Assembly (NCBI GenBank): GCA_034521065.1
Contig: JAXHMW010000020.1
Location: 196,986-260,985 of the forward strand
Direction: 5' to 3'
Source of the DNA: Planctomycetota bacterium
Lineage (GTDB): Bacteria; Planctomycetota; B143-G9
Length of the DNA: 64,000 nt
How positions within the stretch are numbered: the stretch's first letter is position 1; every line of letters begins with the position of its first letter. A program made the translations under genes and the position numbers. Below are positions 54,358 through 64,000 of the stretch, piece by piece. The notes beneath the pieces were generated by a model. That model was not told where the DNA came from, made no database searches, and saw only the letters and a list, made by a program, of their open reading frames with translations.

Positions 54358-55122
54358 CTACTTTGTTGCCTTTGCAGCCGGGGGAAGTATGAATATCTCA
54401 ACGCGGCGGTTCTTCGCCTTGTTCTCAGCAGTGTCATTCGGCGCTACCGGACGGAAGTAAGCGAACCCGGCAATGGACATGCGCTTCTCCTCGACGCCTT
54501 TCTTGCGCAAACCGTGAAGGACGTTCGCCGCACGGGCAACCGAGAGCTCCCAGTTGGACGGATACACCGCTTTGCTGATGGGGTCGCTGTCGGTGTGACC
54601 TTCGATGCGAATCATTCTGTTCGGGAAGTCGGTCTTGAGCGCGTCGGCGATGGCATCAATAGCCTGTTTAGCTCCGGGCTTGAGGTCGGTTTTTCCGCTG
54701 TCGAACAGGATTCGGTTTTCGAGCGTGAGCAGTATCTCGTCACCACGCTTGCTGACTGTCACGCCCTCGACGTTTGCAAGCTTGTTTTCGAGCTTGGATC
54801 TCTCGTCCTCCAGTTCCTGCTTACTGGCCTTCAGTTCCTCGAGCTTCGCCTGCAGTTCGGCCGAGCGATGCTTCATCTGCTCGAGCGCGGTCTTGAGTTC
54901 TTCCAGCTCGACCTTCGACGCGTAGTACTTGTCGCGCCAGTCGTTTCGCTCAGCGGAGATATTGTTCATCTCACGGCGCAGAGTTTCAATCTGCTCGTGC
55001 AACTGGGCGATCTGAACCTTGATTTTCTCGTTTTCCGCCATAAGTGCGACATCAGGGTCTTTGCGGTCACAGCCTGCGAAAAGAAAAAGGATCACGACGA
55101 ATGCAAGTGCTACTTTTTTCAT
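54358..55122 (-). CDS. OmpA/Pal-family lipoprotein with N-terminal coiled coil
   Basis: Lipobox LFLFAGC, a heptad-rich segment of about 110 aa, and the OmpA-like motifs LFDSGKTDL, NWELSVARA and NRRVEI. Confidence 0.85.
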   Translation of the reverse strand: MKKVALAFVVILFLFAGCDRKDPDVALMAENEKIKVQIAQLHEQIETLRREMNNISAERNDWRDKYYASKVELEELKTALEQMKHRSAELQAKLEELKASKQELEDERSKLENKLANVEGVTVSKRGDEILLTLENRILFDSGKTDLKPGAKQAIDAIADALKTDFPNRMIRIEGHTDSDPISKAVYPSNWELSVARAANVLHGLRKKGVEEKRMSIAGFAYFRPVAPNDTAENKAKNRRVEIFILPPAAKATK

Positions 55123-55249
55123 GAAAGCTAACCTCCGAGCAAGTGTAAGCTTATGCTACATTCAGGGTTTACGAGTCCTGCCACGCTGACTGACGCCCCG
55201 TCAAGAGATTATAGCCCGATTTACCCGCTCATGCAAGCGAACCGAAAGA

Positions 55250-55279
55250 CGAAAAAGGGGACGGCAAGCCGTCCCCTTT
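55250..55279 (-). terminator. rho-independent terminator ending the 55.3-64 kb operon
   Basis: On the minus strand: stem GGGGACGG / CCGTCCCC with loop CTTG, followed by TTTTTCGTCTTTC. It lies about 30 nt downstream of the stop at 55307. Confidence 0.7.
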
Positions 55280-55306
55280 GTAATGCGATTCGAAGATGTG
55301 CAGAGC

Positions 55307-55963
55307 TCAGGTTATGAAGTTGACGGTCTCCTTGATCCACTTGTACCAGAGGAAGTTAACACGACCGATAAGCAGCGAGAAACGTGCCATGACCGTGTAA
55401 CCGAAGGTGGCTCCGAAAGAGACCATGATGTAGATGATGCCCACGCGGATGGGAATCTTCACGAGCTTGCCGCGATGCTCGATGGAGAAGAAGAAGTAGA
55501 ACAGCGTACACAGAACACCGGCTACGATCAGGAAGTTATTGAATTCGAAGCCCGCACTGCTCCACAGCGGAAGCATTGACGCACCGAGTTGCTTGAATAA
55601 CTGGGCCTGCACCATGTACGGAATGGCGTAGCCTGAACCGAATCCGATGAGTGCTGCCATCGGCCAGCGAGAGAGCCATCCGTATCGCCGTGAGAAGCGC
55701 GTCAGGTACATAAGACCGAGAGTACACGCGATAAGATACACGAGCTTGCCCTGGTAGAACAGCGGAACAACGAGACGCGGATAGGCAATCTGGTCGTAGT
55801 AAAGACCGAGCAGATATCCCACAGAGGTGCCTACGAACAGGGCTTCACCGAACTTGTACAGCACGTTGTCCTTGTACAGGAAAGAGAAGATGCAAAGCGT
55901 CAGAAACGCTCCGATCCAATACTGCAGGATGTCGGCAAATCCGATATCTATTGCTGATTCCAT
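55307..55963 (-). CDS. integral membrane protein of unknown family (218 aa, about 6 TM)
   Basis: Intact ORF. AGGAGG SD 5 nt before ATG 55963, overlapping the upstream stop. Hydrophobic throughout. No motif recognised. Confidence 0.6.
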   Translation of the reverse strand: MESAIDIGFADILQYWIGAFLTLCIFSFLYKDNVLYKFGEALFVGTSVGYLLGLYYDQIAYPRLVVPLFYQGKLVYLIACTLGLMYLTRFSRRYGWLSRWPMAALIGFGSGYAIPYMVQAQLFKQLGASMLPLWSSAGFEFNNFLIVAGVLCTLFYFFFSIEHRGKLVKIPIRVGIIYIMVSFGATFGYTVMARFSLLIGRVNFLWYKWIKETVNFIT

Positions 55964-55972
55964 TGTTACCTC

Positions 55973-56818
55973 CTACTGCTCGATCTGCTTTTCCTTGGCA
56001 CGCTGCATAAAGTAAAAGATGTTGCCAAGGATGATGAGAACGGATGACAAGCAACATAGAGACAGCCCGACTGAGAAACCCATTCCTCGCTTACCACGGC
56101 CAGTGTGATAGTCAATAAGGTGCTCGTACTCTGCGGCACCCTTGAGCGCGGGAAGCATGCCGACAAGCTGACCGGACTGCAGGAACGGATAGAAGTTCGC
56201 AACGAGCACGCCGGTAACACCGAGAGCAATCTTCTTGCCGTAACGGGTGCCGGGCAGGTTGATCCAGTTGTAGCCGACGTTAGTTCCTGAAAGCGATATG
56301 CACAACTCGAACTCGTCCAGATTCCTTACTCCCTTCATCATGGGCAGTGAACGAAGGTCACGGCCCTGGAAGTCGGTCTGGAAGACCTCGATCATGTCCT
56401 CGCCGATCTGAAGAAGAACAGGACCGATACGGAAGCCTGCCCAAACGTAGCGGGAACCGTCGTCCGGTATGCCGAACTCCTGGCTAATGCGCGCGAAGAC
56501 CTCGACTCCGAGGTTCTGCCCCTGGAGGTTGAGTGTCATGCCGAATACCCTTATGCCCTTGCGGAAGGCGTGACGAAGCAACGCTTCCGCCATCGGATGA
56601 AGCTCGGGCTCGGTTGCGGGGTCGTAGTCGAGGGAGAGAATGATTCGCGAATCGGGGGGAAGACTCTCCATCTCTTTGTACAACGCCTCAACGGGCGGAG
56701 AGGTGATCGTCGGCATCTTTACCTCGAAGACCATCGGCAGAATAACTGCCAGTGCGACGAGGATGAACACGTAACGGGGGTTTATGTTAACAATTTTGTC
56801 GATCGTCGATTTCTTCAC
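55973..56818 (-). CDS. bitopic/2-TM membrane protein with a central soluble domain of about 200 aa, unknown family
   Basis: GTG 56818 with a GGGAGG SD. N-terminal TM YVFILVALAVILPMVF and C-terminal TM GFSVGLSLCCLSSVLIILGNIFYF. Confidence 0.6.
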   Translation of the reverse strand: MKKSTIDKIVNINPRYVFILVALAVILPMVFEVKMPTITSPPVEALYKEMESLPPDSRIILSLDYDPATEPELHPMAEALLRHAFRKGIRVFGMTLNLQGQNLGVEVFARISQEFGIPDDGSRYVWAGFRIGPVLLQIGEDMIEVFQTDFQGRDLRSLPMMKGVRNLDEFELCISLSGTNVGYNWINLPGTRYGKKIALGVTGVLVANFYPFLQSGQLVGMLPALKGAAEYEHLIDYHTGRGKRGMGFSVGLSLCCLSSVLIILGNIFYFMQRAKEKQIEQ

Positions 56819-56830
56819 TTCAAACCTCCC

Positions 56831-57481
56831 TTAACCGAGGTACGCTCGCTCGATACCGAGGATCATCTTCAACGACGTGGCTATACTGCCGAGCGCAATA
56901 CCGAGCAGAATGCCTCGCGACGCTGCGTTGTTGGGCACTTCCATCAGCCAGTTGGAGAACTCGTTAGCTCCGGGGATGGCCATGTTGCCGATGGACGTAT
57001 CCGGAATAAGAATAGCGCCGACGTCAACTCGTCCGAAGATGACTATCGTCGCAGCGATCAGGAGCATGGTCGCCTCGAAGTTCTTCGCCTTGAAAGCTCG
57101 GAACGATGCCGAGGCCATGTAGAACGCCAGCAACGAAAACATCGTGGACTGAAGCGGCACCATGATCGTGTTATAGGCCCAGTTGTAAGGCGAACCCGCC
57201 TGCTGACCCCCTATAATACCAAGCAACGCCATGATGACCATTGAACCAAAGAGAACGTAGCTGAAAAGCCAGTCAGAACGCTTGTGCTGAATCTTCTTCC
57301 AGTGAAGGTTCACAAGCGAATACACGCCGAGAAACATCGCAACGACGCCGATAACGGCGGCGAAGTTACTCATTTCATTGAGCATGTCGGACTGGACTGC
57401 GGGGTGTTTGATGAAGAACTGGACCATCATGAACACACCCGGCAAGAAGCATAATGCGAGTGGTATTTGCCGTTTTAACAT
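56831..57481 (-). CDS. integral membrane protein of unknown family (216 aa)
   Basis: Intact ORF with several hydrophobic helices. No motif recognised. Confidence 0.6.
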   Translation of the reverse strand: MLKRQIPLALCFLPGVFMMVQFFIKHPAVQSDMLNEMSNFAAVIGVVAMFLGVYSLVNLHWKKIQHKRSDWLFSYVLFGSMVIMALLGIIGGQQAGSPYNWAYNTIMVPLQSTMFSLLAFYMASASFRAFKAKNFEATMLLIAATIVIFGRVDVGAILIPDTSIGNMAIPGANEFSNWLMEVPNNAASRGILLGIALGSIATSLKMILGIERAYLG

Positions 57482-57501
57482 CTGCTACCGTTGCCTTTCG
57501 C

Positions 57502-58265
57502 CTACTGAACCCTGAGTATTTCGGAAAGCCAACACGCAGGGGCCGGCGTGTTTATGGACACCGCGATGCAGCCGATTAAGACCATCACGAACATGAGCAT
57601 CTTCGAATAGTCCGAACCTTTCAGGGAACCCATCTGCATGGGGCTCGCGAGAAAGGTATGCGGATGCTGCGTACAGCTCCTCTCCGATGAGCGTGTAGTC
57701 GCACGCCACGATGAAGAACGGGAGCTGGTGAATGGAGTCGGAACCGGCGACCTGGATAGAACCGGTCATCGCGCCGGTCTCAGCGAGGATGAGCGATTCA
57801 GCGTAAAATCCGCCCATGAAGAAGTTCGCGGCCGGCTTTTCGCGGGCAGTAAACCCAGCTGCTGGGCGAACAGGAACCTGTCGGCATGATAAAAAGTAAA
57901 CTGGTCATCATTGACGGTAGCGCAACGGCATGGGGGATGCCGACTTCACGGTACCTGTCGATAGTTCGTCACAAATCAGGTCGCGCATCCGGCAAGATCG
58001 CGGCATGTCATCGGCGATCTTGCGAGCCACACGGCCGAGGATATTGATGGCCGCAATGGTGCCGATAAACTCGATGTTGTCCATACCGGGACGTAGAGAT
58101 CGGCTTGCCCATCTCGGTCGCACGGCCGACAGCCTCGTCAACGGAGTAGACCGGCGATGCGAGTGAACCATCCTGCCGGCGTGCGGTGTAAATGAAGTAG
58201 ATGATGAACGCGAACAGCACGATCATGCCGATAAGTACGTTCAACTTCGCGAAGTCGAAGATCAT
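57502..58265 (-). CDS. membrane protein of unknown family, at least four frame changes
   Basis: ATG 58265 overlaps the upstream stop (ATGA). Pieces appear in track ORFs 58008..58286, 57908..58171 and 57485..57817, plus an untracked C-terminal piece (MQMGSLKGSDYSKMLMFVMVLIGCIAVSINTP..., stop at 57502-57504). Two adjacent in-frame TGA codons lie near 57907-57912 in one of the frames. Confidence 0.4.
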
Positions 58266-61200
58266 CGATGAGCAATCTGATCCCATAAACTGCCCGCAAG
58301 CAAAATGTGCTTTGAGCCAATGTCGGATGGTATGAGAGTACCATCTCCGGACGCGGCGTAGTACACACGAGCTGAAACCGCCTCGGGGGGAATCTTGGCT
58401 GAAATGGAAACGGACGGCGGCTGGATGGCCGTCTGGCGTTCCAGGAAGCTGTAGTGGATGGTGGGGATGCTCTTCTCTTCGCTACTTACCACCTCTTGAT
58501 TTGCATCGAGGAACTCCACGCCCATGACAGGGTTATCAAGTTTGTAGGCGAAGCACCTGCTGGAAACTTCGAAGTTCCTGCCTACCAAGTCGTCTAGGGC
58601 GTCTGCGGGGAACTCGCAAATCTGCTGAATGCGAATCTGCTCTCCACTGAGCGGAATGGCCGAATAGTCGTACATGTTGTCCATGATGTCATCGATCAGG
58701 AAGGTCTTTGCCTTCAGACCGTATGCCTCGAAGTTCTCCGGACGATTCTTCTCGGTCGAGGCGAACCCGGTTCGGCGAACATTCCCCCGGCCATCCACTG
58801 TCTTCAAGCTGTCAGGGTCACCAGCCGGCGAAGTCGGTCTTGAACAGTGCTTCGGAGACCGTTATCTTGTCTGACACGGGCTTAACGTAATTGAAATCAG
58901 CCCTTGCGACAGCGTAAGGCGCATTGCGGAGTTGCTCGGGGATAGTCGCGAGAACCGCATCGGTATCCTCGGCAGGGTCGGAGCCCATGAACTTGAACTT
59001 TGTAATCTGGTAACGCGCGCCAGTGCCTCCATCGAAGCGAATAAACGCACGCACACGCTTCAGGCCCTCGGGTACCACCGTTGTCACCTTGGAAAGCTGA
59101 TAGGGGCTGAAAAGGAGGTCTTTGGGATCGGTGCCTTCGATGACATGTTCGAGCGCAATAACGGTGTCCACCGGCTCCTTGGGATCGTCTCCGTAGAACT
59201 CGAAACCGACCTTGCCGGTCAGGGGCTTTTCACACCGGGCCAGGCACTTCAGGGTTATCTCCTTGCCGGCAAGCTTCTTGAGAAACTCGGGAGTAAGGGC
59301 CTCAATATCCTGATAGAGCATGCCCTGCTCCTTGCGGACAGTGCCCTGGACAGGGGAAGTATTGTAGTGGAAATCCAAAAGCGAGCTGAGGTCGGTGTCT
59401 CCGGAGAGTTCCCACCCGGAAAGTTCTCCGGCTCTTACACTGAAACTGGTATTGCTGATCGTATTGCTGGGAAGCGCGATTCTCTCCGCTTCCATGCGCA
59501 TATTGTCGAAGTAAACCTTGCCCACGCCCTTCATAGTCAGGCGGAACAAGAGGGTGGATACCTCTTCGTGCACAATTAACGCGCATTTCAAGTCCTTGAC
59601 CCAGCCATCGGTCTTGCCGCCGAGGGTAAAGGAGCTCGGCCAGGCCTCGAGAGGAGTGATATTGACCTTGCGACGCGAAGCCGGATATATCTCGATCTTT
59701 GCGTTCTGTCCGAAGTCGTTCTTGATAATGTCGGTCTTGATGTCGGCCTTCATTACGAGCTTGTAACCCGCCGGCACCTTCGGCGCGATGGCACGGATGT
59801 TGAGAGTGGTACTCTGGCCGAGGTTCGGGTTGATGACGCAGACGGAGCGTTCGCCTTCAGTGGAATCGCCGATGATTCCGACCGTGACGCCGCCCATGTC
59901 GTTAGCGGCGGGCTGCCAGTCTGCCGGGGCGGGTGTGAACATCTCCTCGAAACCGGTATTTCAGGAGCTGCGTATTCGCCCTGGTCGTCGACGACCTCGA
60001 TCTTGACATCGTCGAACCAGGCGCGGCCATAGCCGCGAAGCAGGAGCTGCCCATTCGATGCCGAAGCTTCGGGCGGGCACGACGAACTCGGAGGATCTGT
60101 CCTGCCGGAGCCGTTCAGACTCGCCGAACGGCGGTGATCCACAGAACGTCTGTGGCATCGCCACGAGATTCGAGGAATTGTGCCGTGGTCCTTGGCGGCT
60201 GATCTGCTCTGGTGGGAACATGGTTGCTGTGGTTAAGAAGTTGCGCAGGAAGTGATCGTGAAGTTCACCTTCGGCGTCGGACTCCTCGGTGTCCTCGACG
60301 CGCACGAGCCTCCCGGATGCCGCCCATGCAGGTACCGCTCGGAGTGACTCCGGGCGCCATCTGGCTGAGAACCTTGGCGGTCATTCGTATCTTCTTGCCG
60401 CGCAGGGAGCGGTTCTTTCCAATGTCAAAATTGACGGTGAAAGCTATGTTTTCGGCGAGATTAAGAGGATTGGGGTTGCCAATTTCGAGGCTGTATTCGC
60501 CTTCGACCTTCTTCTCGGTAGTGGCGTTGAAGTACGTCTGCTGCCCTCCGGGACGGAAGAACCATTCCTTCGGCTGTTTTCTGTTGACAGGGATGAGTGC
60601 GTTCAGGTCGAGGTTGAACGGCTTTTTAAGCGCGGCTTCGCCGTTTTCGGGATAGGTGAGCTTGAGGTCCTCGAAAATCGCCTCGGCCTGGCCCTTGCAT
60701 TCGAGCATAACCATCGCTTCGTTGACGTTTTCGGGAACCGTCGCCTCTACGTAGAGGGTGACGTAGTCATCGGTGGGGGAGAACGCCATGAGCCTCGTCT
60801 TGGCGGGGGGTACGATCGTGCCGGACTCCAAACCCTCGATGCCCTCGGCGCTCGGAAGCTTCGGATTGAACATGAACAGCAGGTTCAAACCGGCGTAATT
60901 GGTGTAGTCGAGAACTTCGTTCTTGCCGAAATCCTCACCCATAACGAGCTTCTTGATGCCCTCAATGCGGGTGGCTTTGCCGTCCACCATGCGCTGACCA
61001 CTGGCCTTGTAGACCTTGACCTTCGCCTCGAACCGGATGGTCTTGCCGGTGATTGCGCGGAGTTTGTCCGCACATGGGAAGCTGGCGTATGCGGCGTTGG
61101 TGTACTTCGCCTTCGGGTTGTCGGTGGCTATATGGATGCCGTGAATGTTCTCTCCACCGCGTTCCCGAACGTTCAGGGCAACCGAGTTACCGTTCCCCTG

Positions 61201-61395
61201 GGCTACGAACTTGTGCCAGCCATACGGGAAAGTCGCATGAGGGTCAACCTCTGCGACCGGTTCTTCAAAGCCCTCGTTGCTGATAAGATTCAGCGGGTCG
61301 ATATCCGATTTCTGCTGTTCTTCTTCGCCCCACGCGAAGCCGTACAGGCCCGCGACGAGGAGCAGAACAAGCGATATTCCGATGAGCCGTTTCAA
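58262..61395 (-). CDS. secreted protein of about 1040 aa built from about five jelly-roll/carbohydrate-binding-like modules (about four frame changes)
   Basis: TTG 61395 with an AAGGAGG SD. Signal MKRLIGISLVLLLVAGLYGFAWG. Modules start like NEGFEEP or NTSFSV and end like FEDLKL, WFDDVKI or YFDNMRM. Track ORFs 60265..61395, 59961..60305, 59753..60142, 58818..59942 and 58262..58807 join near 60300-60310, 60048-60058, 59955-59965 and 58812-58822. Confidence 0.55.
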
Positions 61396-61417
61396 TGGTA
61401 CCTCCTTGACGAAGAGG

Positions 61418-62554
61418 TTATCTTGCGATCAACTCGACGTTTGCACGCGGGATGGTTCCCTTCGTGCCGCCCTGGAACTCCGCTTGAAGCACGCGAACCC
61501 AGGTTTCAGAATCGACCTGAGTGAGTTCCGGCGGAAGGTTGACCACCTTGCCTATCTTTCCGAAGTATGGTTCTCGGATCGCGCGGATGAGCGAACCAGG
61601 GGCCAGAACACCTTCGCCGTGCTGAGAGTCGTCCGAGACCTCTTTGAGCTTCTCATCCTTGACAGGTATGATGATCTCGGGTCTCATGACGCCGGCACGA
61701 ATCTGGGTTGCGCCGCTTATCGAGGCTTCCATGCCTTCGCGCTTCTTGAGAAGCTCGAAGGTGTGCTCCGCCATCTTTATCCTGCCGTAACCCTCTGTAA
61801 TGATGAGGGAGAACGGAATGTCTTCATGTCCGGTGATAGCGACACCGAGGTCCTCACCGAGGATGCGCTTGAGGTCAGAGTCATCGAAACCACCGATCAC
61901 TATGCCCTTGACACCGAACTCTTCCGCCTTCTTCAATGCGTCGTAGCTCACATACGAGCCTCCGACGATAATCTTGCCCTTGCAGTCCTCGGTGATGAGT
62001 TCCGAGGTTAGTTCGGAGTAAGTGTCTTCGGTAACGATCTTTATCTCGCCGCGTCGCTCGCCGCCAATGCCGAAAATGCCCTGGATGAAACTGCCGGTCG
62101 CCTCGACCATGCAGCCTTCGTCCTCTATGACATCTGTGACCTTTGAGTCGAAGTAGGCATCAACCTGAACGGGGATGTCCGGACCGCGCAGCATCATCTG
62201 GCCGGTAACCTGCGAAATAGCCTCGATATGGCCTTCGATGGGGGACTTAACGCTGGTCTTGAGGAACTTGATTCCGAGAAAGCCATTGTTCTCTGCAAGG
62301 ACCTGGCCCTTTTTGATGGCGTCACCCTCTTTGACCTTGAGGTATTCGCCCAGCTCAGAGGGCTGGCAGCCCATCTTGTGAACCAGGTTGAGCGGTGATA
62401 TCTTGCCGGGAAGATATGTGCGGGCGATAATATCCTCGGCCTTGAGGACGTCGCCGACCTTGACCTGCACATCGCCTTTCAGAGGCAGCCTGCGTTCCTT
62501 GCGGACCACCATTAGTTCGGATACTTTGAGTCCAGGGGTATATGCCTGTCCCAC
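61418..62554 (-). CDS. cytoplasmic protein of unknown function: barrel-sandwich-like N-terminus, Rossmann-like middle, KOW/SH3-like C-terminus
   Basis: Intact 378-aa ORF. GTG start with an AGGAGG SD that overlaps the upstream TAG. Key stretches are LPLKGDVQVKVGDVLKAEDIIA, GKIIVGGSYVSYDALKKAEEFGVKGIVIGG and GSLIRAIREPYFGKIGKV. These domain guesses are made by eye only. Confidence 0.6.
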   Translation of the reverse strand: MGQAYTPGLKVSELMVVRKERRLPLKGDVQVKVGDVLKAEDIIARTYLPGKISPLNLVHKMGCQPSELGEYLKVKEGDAIKKGQVLAENNGFLGIKFLKTSVKSPIEGHIEAISQVTGQMMLRGPDIPVQVDAYFDSKVTDVIEDEGCMVEATGSFIQGIFGIGGERRGEIKIVTEDTYSELTSELITEDCKGKIIVGGSYVSYDALKKAEEFGVKGIVIGGFDDSDLKRILGEDLGVAITGHEDIPFSLIITEGYGRIKMAEHTFELLKKREGMEASISGATQIRAGVMRPEIIIPVKDEKLKEVSDDSQHGEGVLAPGSLIRAIREPYFGKIGKVVNLPPELTQVDSETWVRVLQAEFQGGTKGTIPRANVELIAR

Positions 62555-62562
62555 TGTGCCTC

Positions 62563-63624
62563 CTATTTATCTACAAGCAGCTTGTAGATCTCGGGATTGC
62601 CCATTACGTCCGATACGTAAAGGATCCACTTGCCGTCCGGAGAGAACTCTGGCTGGTTCTCGCGAAATTGATTGTTCGTCAGCCGAACGGTCGTCTTTTT
62701 TTCTGTGTCGTATAAGTAAAACTCCCACTGACGCACGCCCGTGTTCACGTGGAGCACGACCTTGGTGCCAGATGGGTTGACTGCGAAACTCAAAAACGGG
62801 TTCTCTGGCTCGAACAGAACTTTCTTGTCCGAACCATCGGCGTTCATCGTCATCACCTGGTATTCGCCGGTCTTCACATCGGACAGGTAGAAGACCCTGC
62901 CGTCGGCGACCGGTTGAGGATAGGTGTTTTCGAATCCTTCGCCGTCTTTCGTTGTTGTCAATATCTTGCGTTCGGTGCCGTCGGCCTTTACACGGCAGAC
63001 GTTGGCGAAACCGTCGTCGTTGAACTCGACGTAATACACGTATTCGCCCTTGTGGTCGAAGACCGGGTAGTCGCAGTGGTTGGGGGTTTCGACGAGTTTT
63101 CCGCCTTCGCCCTTTTCAATGTCGAAGTAGCTGAGTCCCTGCACGTCGCCGAGGGTAACGAACACGAGCTTCTTGCCGTCGGGGGACATGACAAGGTTGC
63201 CGATGCCGATGCTGGGAACCGGGTAGTCCTTGCGGTCGGCCCCCTTGAGGTCTACCGATGCGATACCCTTTTTCTCGCCCCTGCTGTAGCAGAAGAACAC
63301 CCTCTTGCCGTCGGGACTGAATAACGGACGCGAATGGGACTCGCCTTCCACGTCGCACAACGGGCGCGCGTCCTTGCCGTCCGCCTTCATGATGTGAACG
63401 ACGCTGCGGCCAGCGGCACCCTTGATTGTGGAGATAAATACGATCTGAGACATGTCTGGCGAGAAACTGGGATCGGTGTCTATGACGGGGTCGTTCGTGA
63501 GACGAATCTCTTCGAATTGAGGTTCATTCTCCTCGCCCTTTGCGGACGGGTGGCCAATGCCCGCGGCAGAGACCGCGCACAACAGCAAGAAGAAGACTAC
63601 TGATATTCGAAGAATACTGTACAT
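62563..63624 (-). CDS. periplasmic TolB-like beta-propeller (PD40 repeats)
   Basis: ATG 63624; the track ORF starts upstream at 63819. Signal MYSILRISVVFFLLLCAVSAAG. Repeated FSPDG-type blades: SFSPDMSQIVF, LFSPDGKRVFF, VMSPDGKKLVF, EFSPDGKWILY. Confidence 0.8.
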   Translation of the reverse strand: MYSILRISVVFFLLLCAVSAAGIGHPSAKGEENEPQFEEIRLTNDPVIDTDPSFSPDMSQIVFISTIKGAAGRSVVHIMKADGKDARPLCDVEGESHSRPLFSPDGKRVFFCYSRGEKKGIASVDLKGADRKDYPVPSIGIGNLVMSPDGKKLVFVTLGDVQGLSYFDIEKGEGGKLVETPNHCDYPVFDHKGEYVYYVEFNDDGFANVCRVKADGTERKILTTTKDGEGFENTYPQPVADGRVFYLSDVKTGEYQVMTMNADGSDKKVLFEPENPFLSFAVNPSGTKVVLHVNTGVRQWEFYLYDTEKKTTVRLTNNQFRENQPEFSPDGKWILYVSDVMGNPEIYKLLVDK

Positions 63625-63631
63625 CGTTACG

Positions 63632-64000
63632 TTACATTTCCTTGGGCTCGAACTTGTGTTCCGGGTAGATGTCAAGGGCTTTGTTCCATTCGAGCAGCTT
63701 TTTGACACGTTCGCCCGGGTCATCGGGGATATTGAAAGGCCTGCGACCGCGGCTGTCAAGTATGATGCCCACAACTCCGCCGTGCAGTTTCTTTGTGAGG
63801 GGCTTGCCCCTGCCGGCACCGACGTCGAACTTGCGCTTCGGAGTTATCTCGGCGGTCGCCTCTTCGTCAACCGCGAGAGGAATCTTCTCGATGGAACCGT
63901 ACTTGCATTCGCGCTCTTCGACCTTGCCGTCCGGCATGGTTATCTTGATATTCATGGTAATCTCGCCGTCCTTGCCCTTTCCGACGGGGGCAACGGCGGT
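63632..64000 (-). CDS. 3-prime part of a gene that continues beyond the window; unknown function
   Basis: The frame stays open upstream of Met 63955 to the window edge (..TAVAPVGKGKDGEITMNIKITMPDGK..). The C-terminus is GVVGIILDSRGRRPFNIPDDPGERVKKLLEWNKALDIYPE. It is faintly reminiscent of ASKHA/GlmL(MutL)-type C-termini, but I cannot support that assignment. Confidence 0.45.
   Translation of the reverse strand, partial: TAVAPVGKGKDGEITMNIKITMPDGKVEERECKYGSIEKIPLAVDEEATAEITPKRKFDVGAGRGKPLTKKLHGGVVGIILDSRGRRPFNIPDDPGERVKKLLEWNKALDIYPEHKFEPKEM

Overview
This is a 64-kb chromosomal segment from a high-GC bacterium (roughly 58-60% by eye). The gene content suggests an anaerobe with an outer membrane ([FeFe]-hydrogenase, TolB-like, OmpA-like and PpiD-like genes), but I cannot place it taxonomically. 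I recognise about 55 protein genes and one tRNA (Gly-CCC). I saw no rRNA, CRISPR array, transposase, integrase or known defence genes.

Most of the content is housekeeping:
- coaX, an MnmE-like GTPase, tadA and a glutamine amidotransferase
- an EIIA(Ntr)-like::CBS gene followed by hslVU
- a ppiD-like chaperone, manA, rluB and thiC
- a HEAT/VWA lipoprotein paired with a CBM-like protein
- a trimeric [FeFe]-hydrogenase operon (hydC-hydB-hydA) headed by a NikR-like::methyltransferase fusion and an orphan receiver
- divergent dtxR-feoA-feoB
- rnhA, a large TPR protein and a TatD::TcdA fusion
- mtnP-mtaD and a CYTH cyclase
- a proteostasis island (two htrA genes, groES-groEL, dnaJ-grpE)
- dnaG-rpoD and two sensor-kinase genes

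The least explainable part is a tightly coupled minus-strand operon from 55.3 kb to at least 64.0 kb. It encodes a beta-propeller, a barrel-sandwich/KOW-like protein, a secreted multi-module protein of about 1040 aa, and four integral membrane proteins I cannot assign to any family. This is my best candidate for an undescribed system.

Caveat: the sequence carries about 40 apparent single-nucleotide frame changes plus three in-frame stop codons, several of them in essential genes (groEL, hslU, dnaJ, feoB, hydA). Many CDS coordinates below are therefore stitched across frame changes, using the six-frame track and my own translation. All function calls rest on motif recognition by eye. No database search was run.
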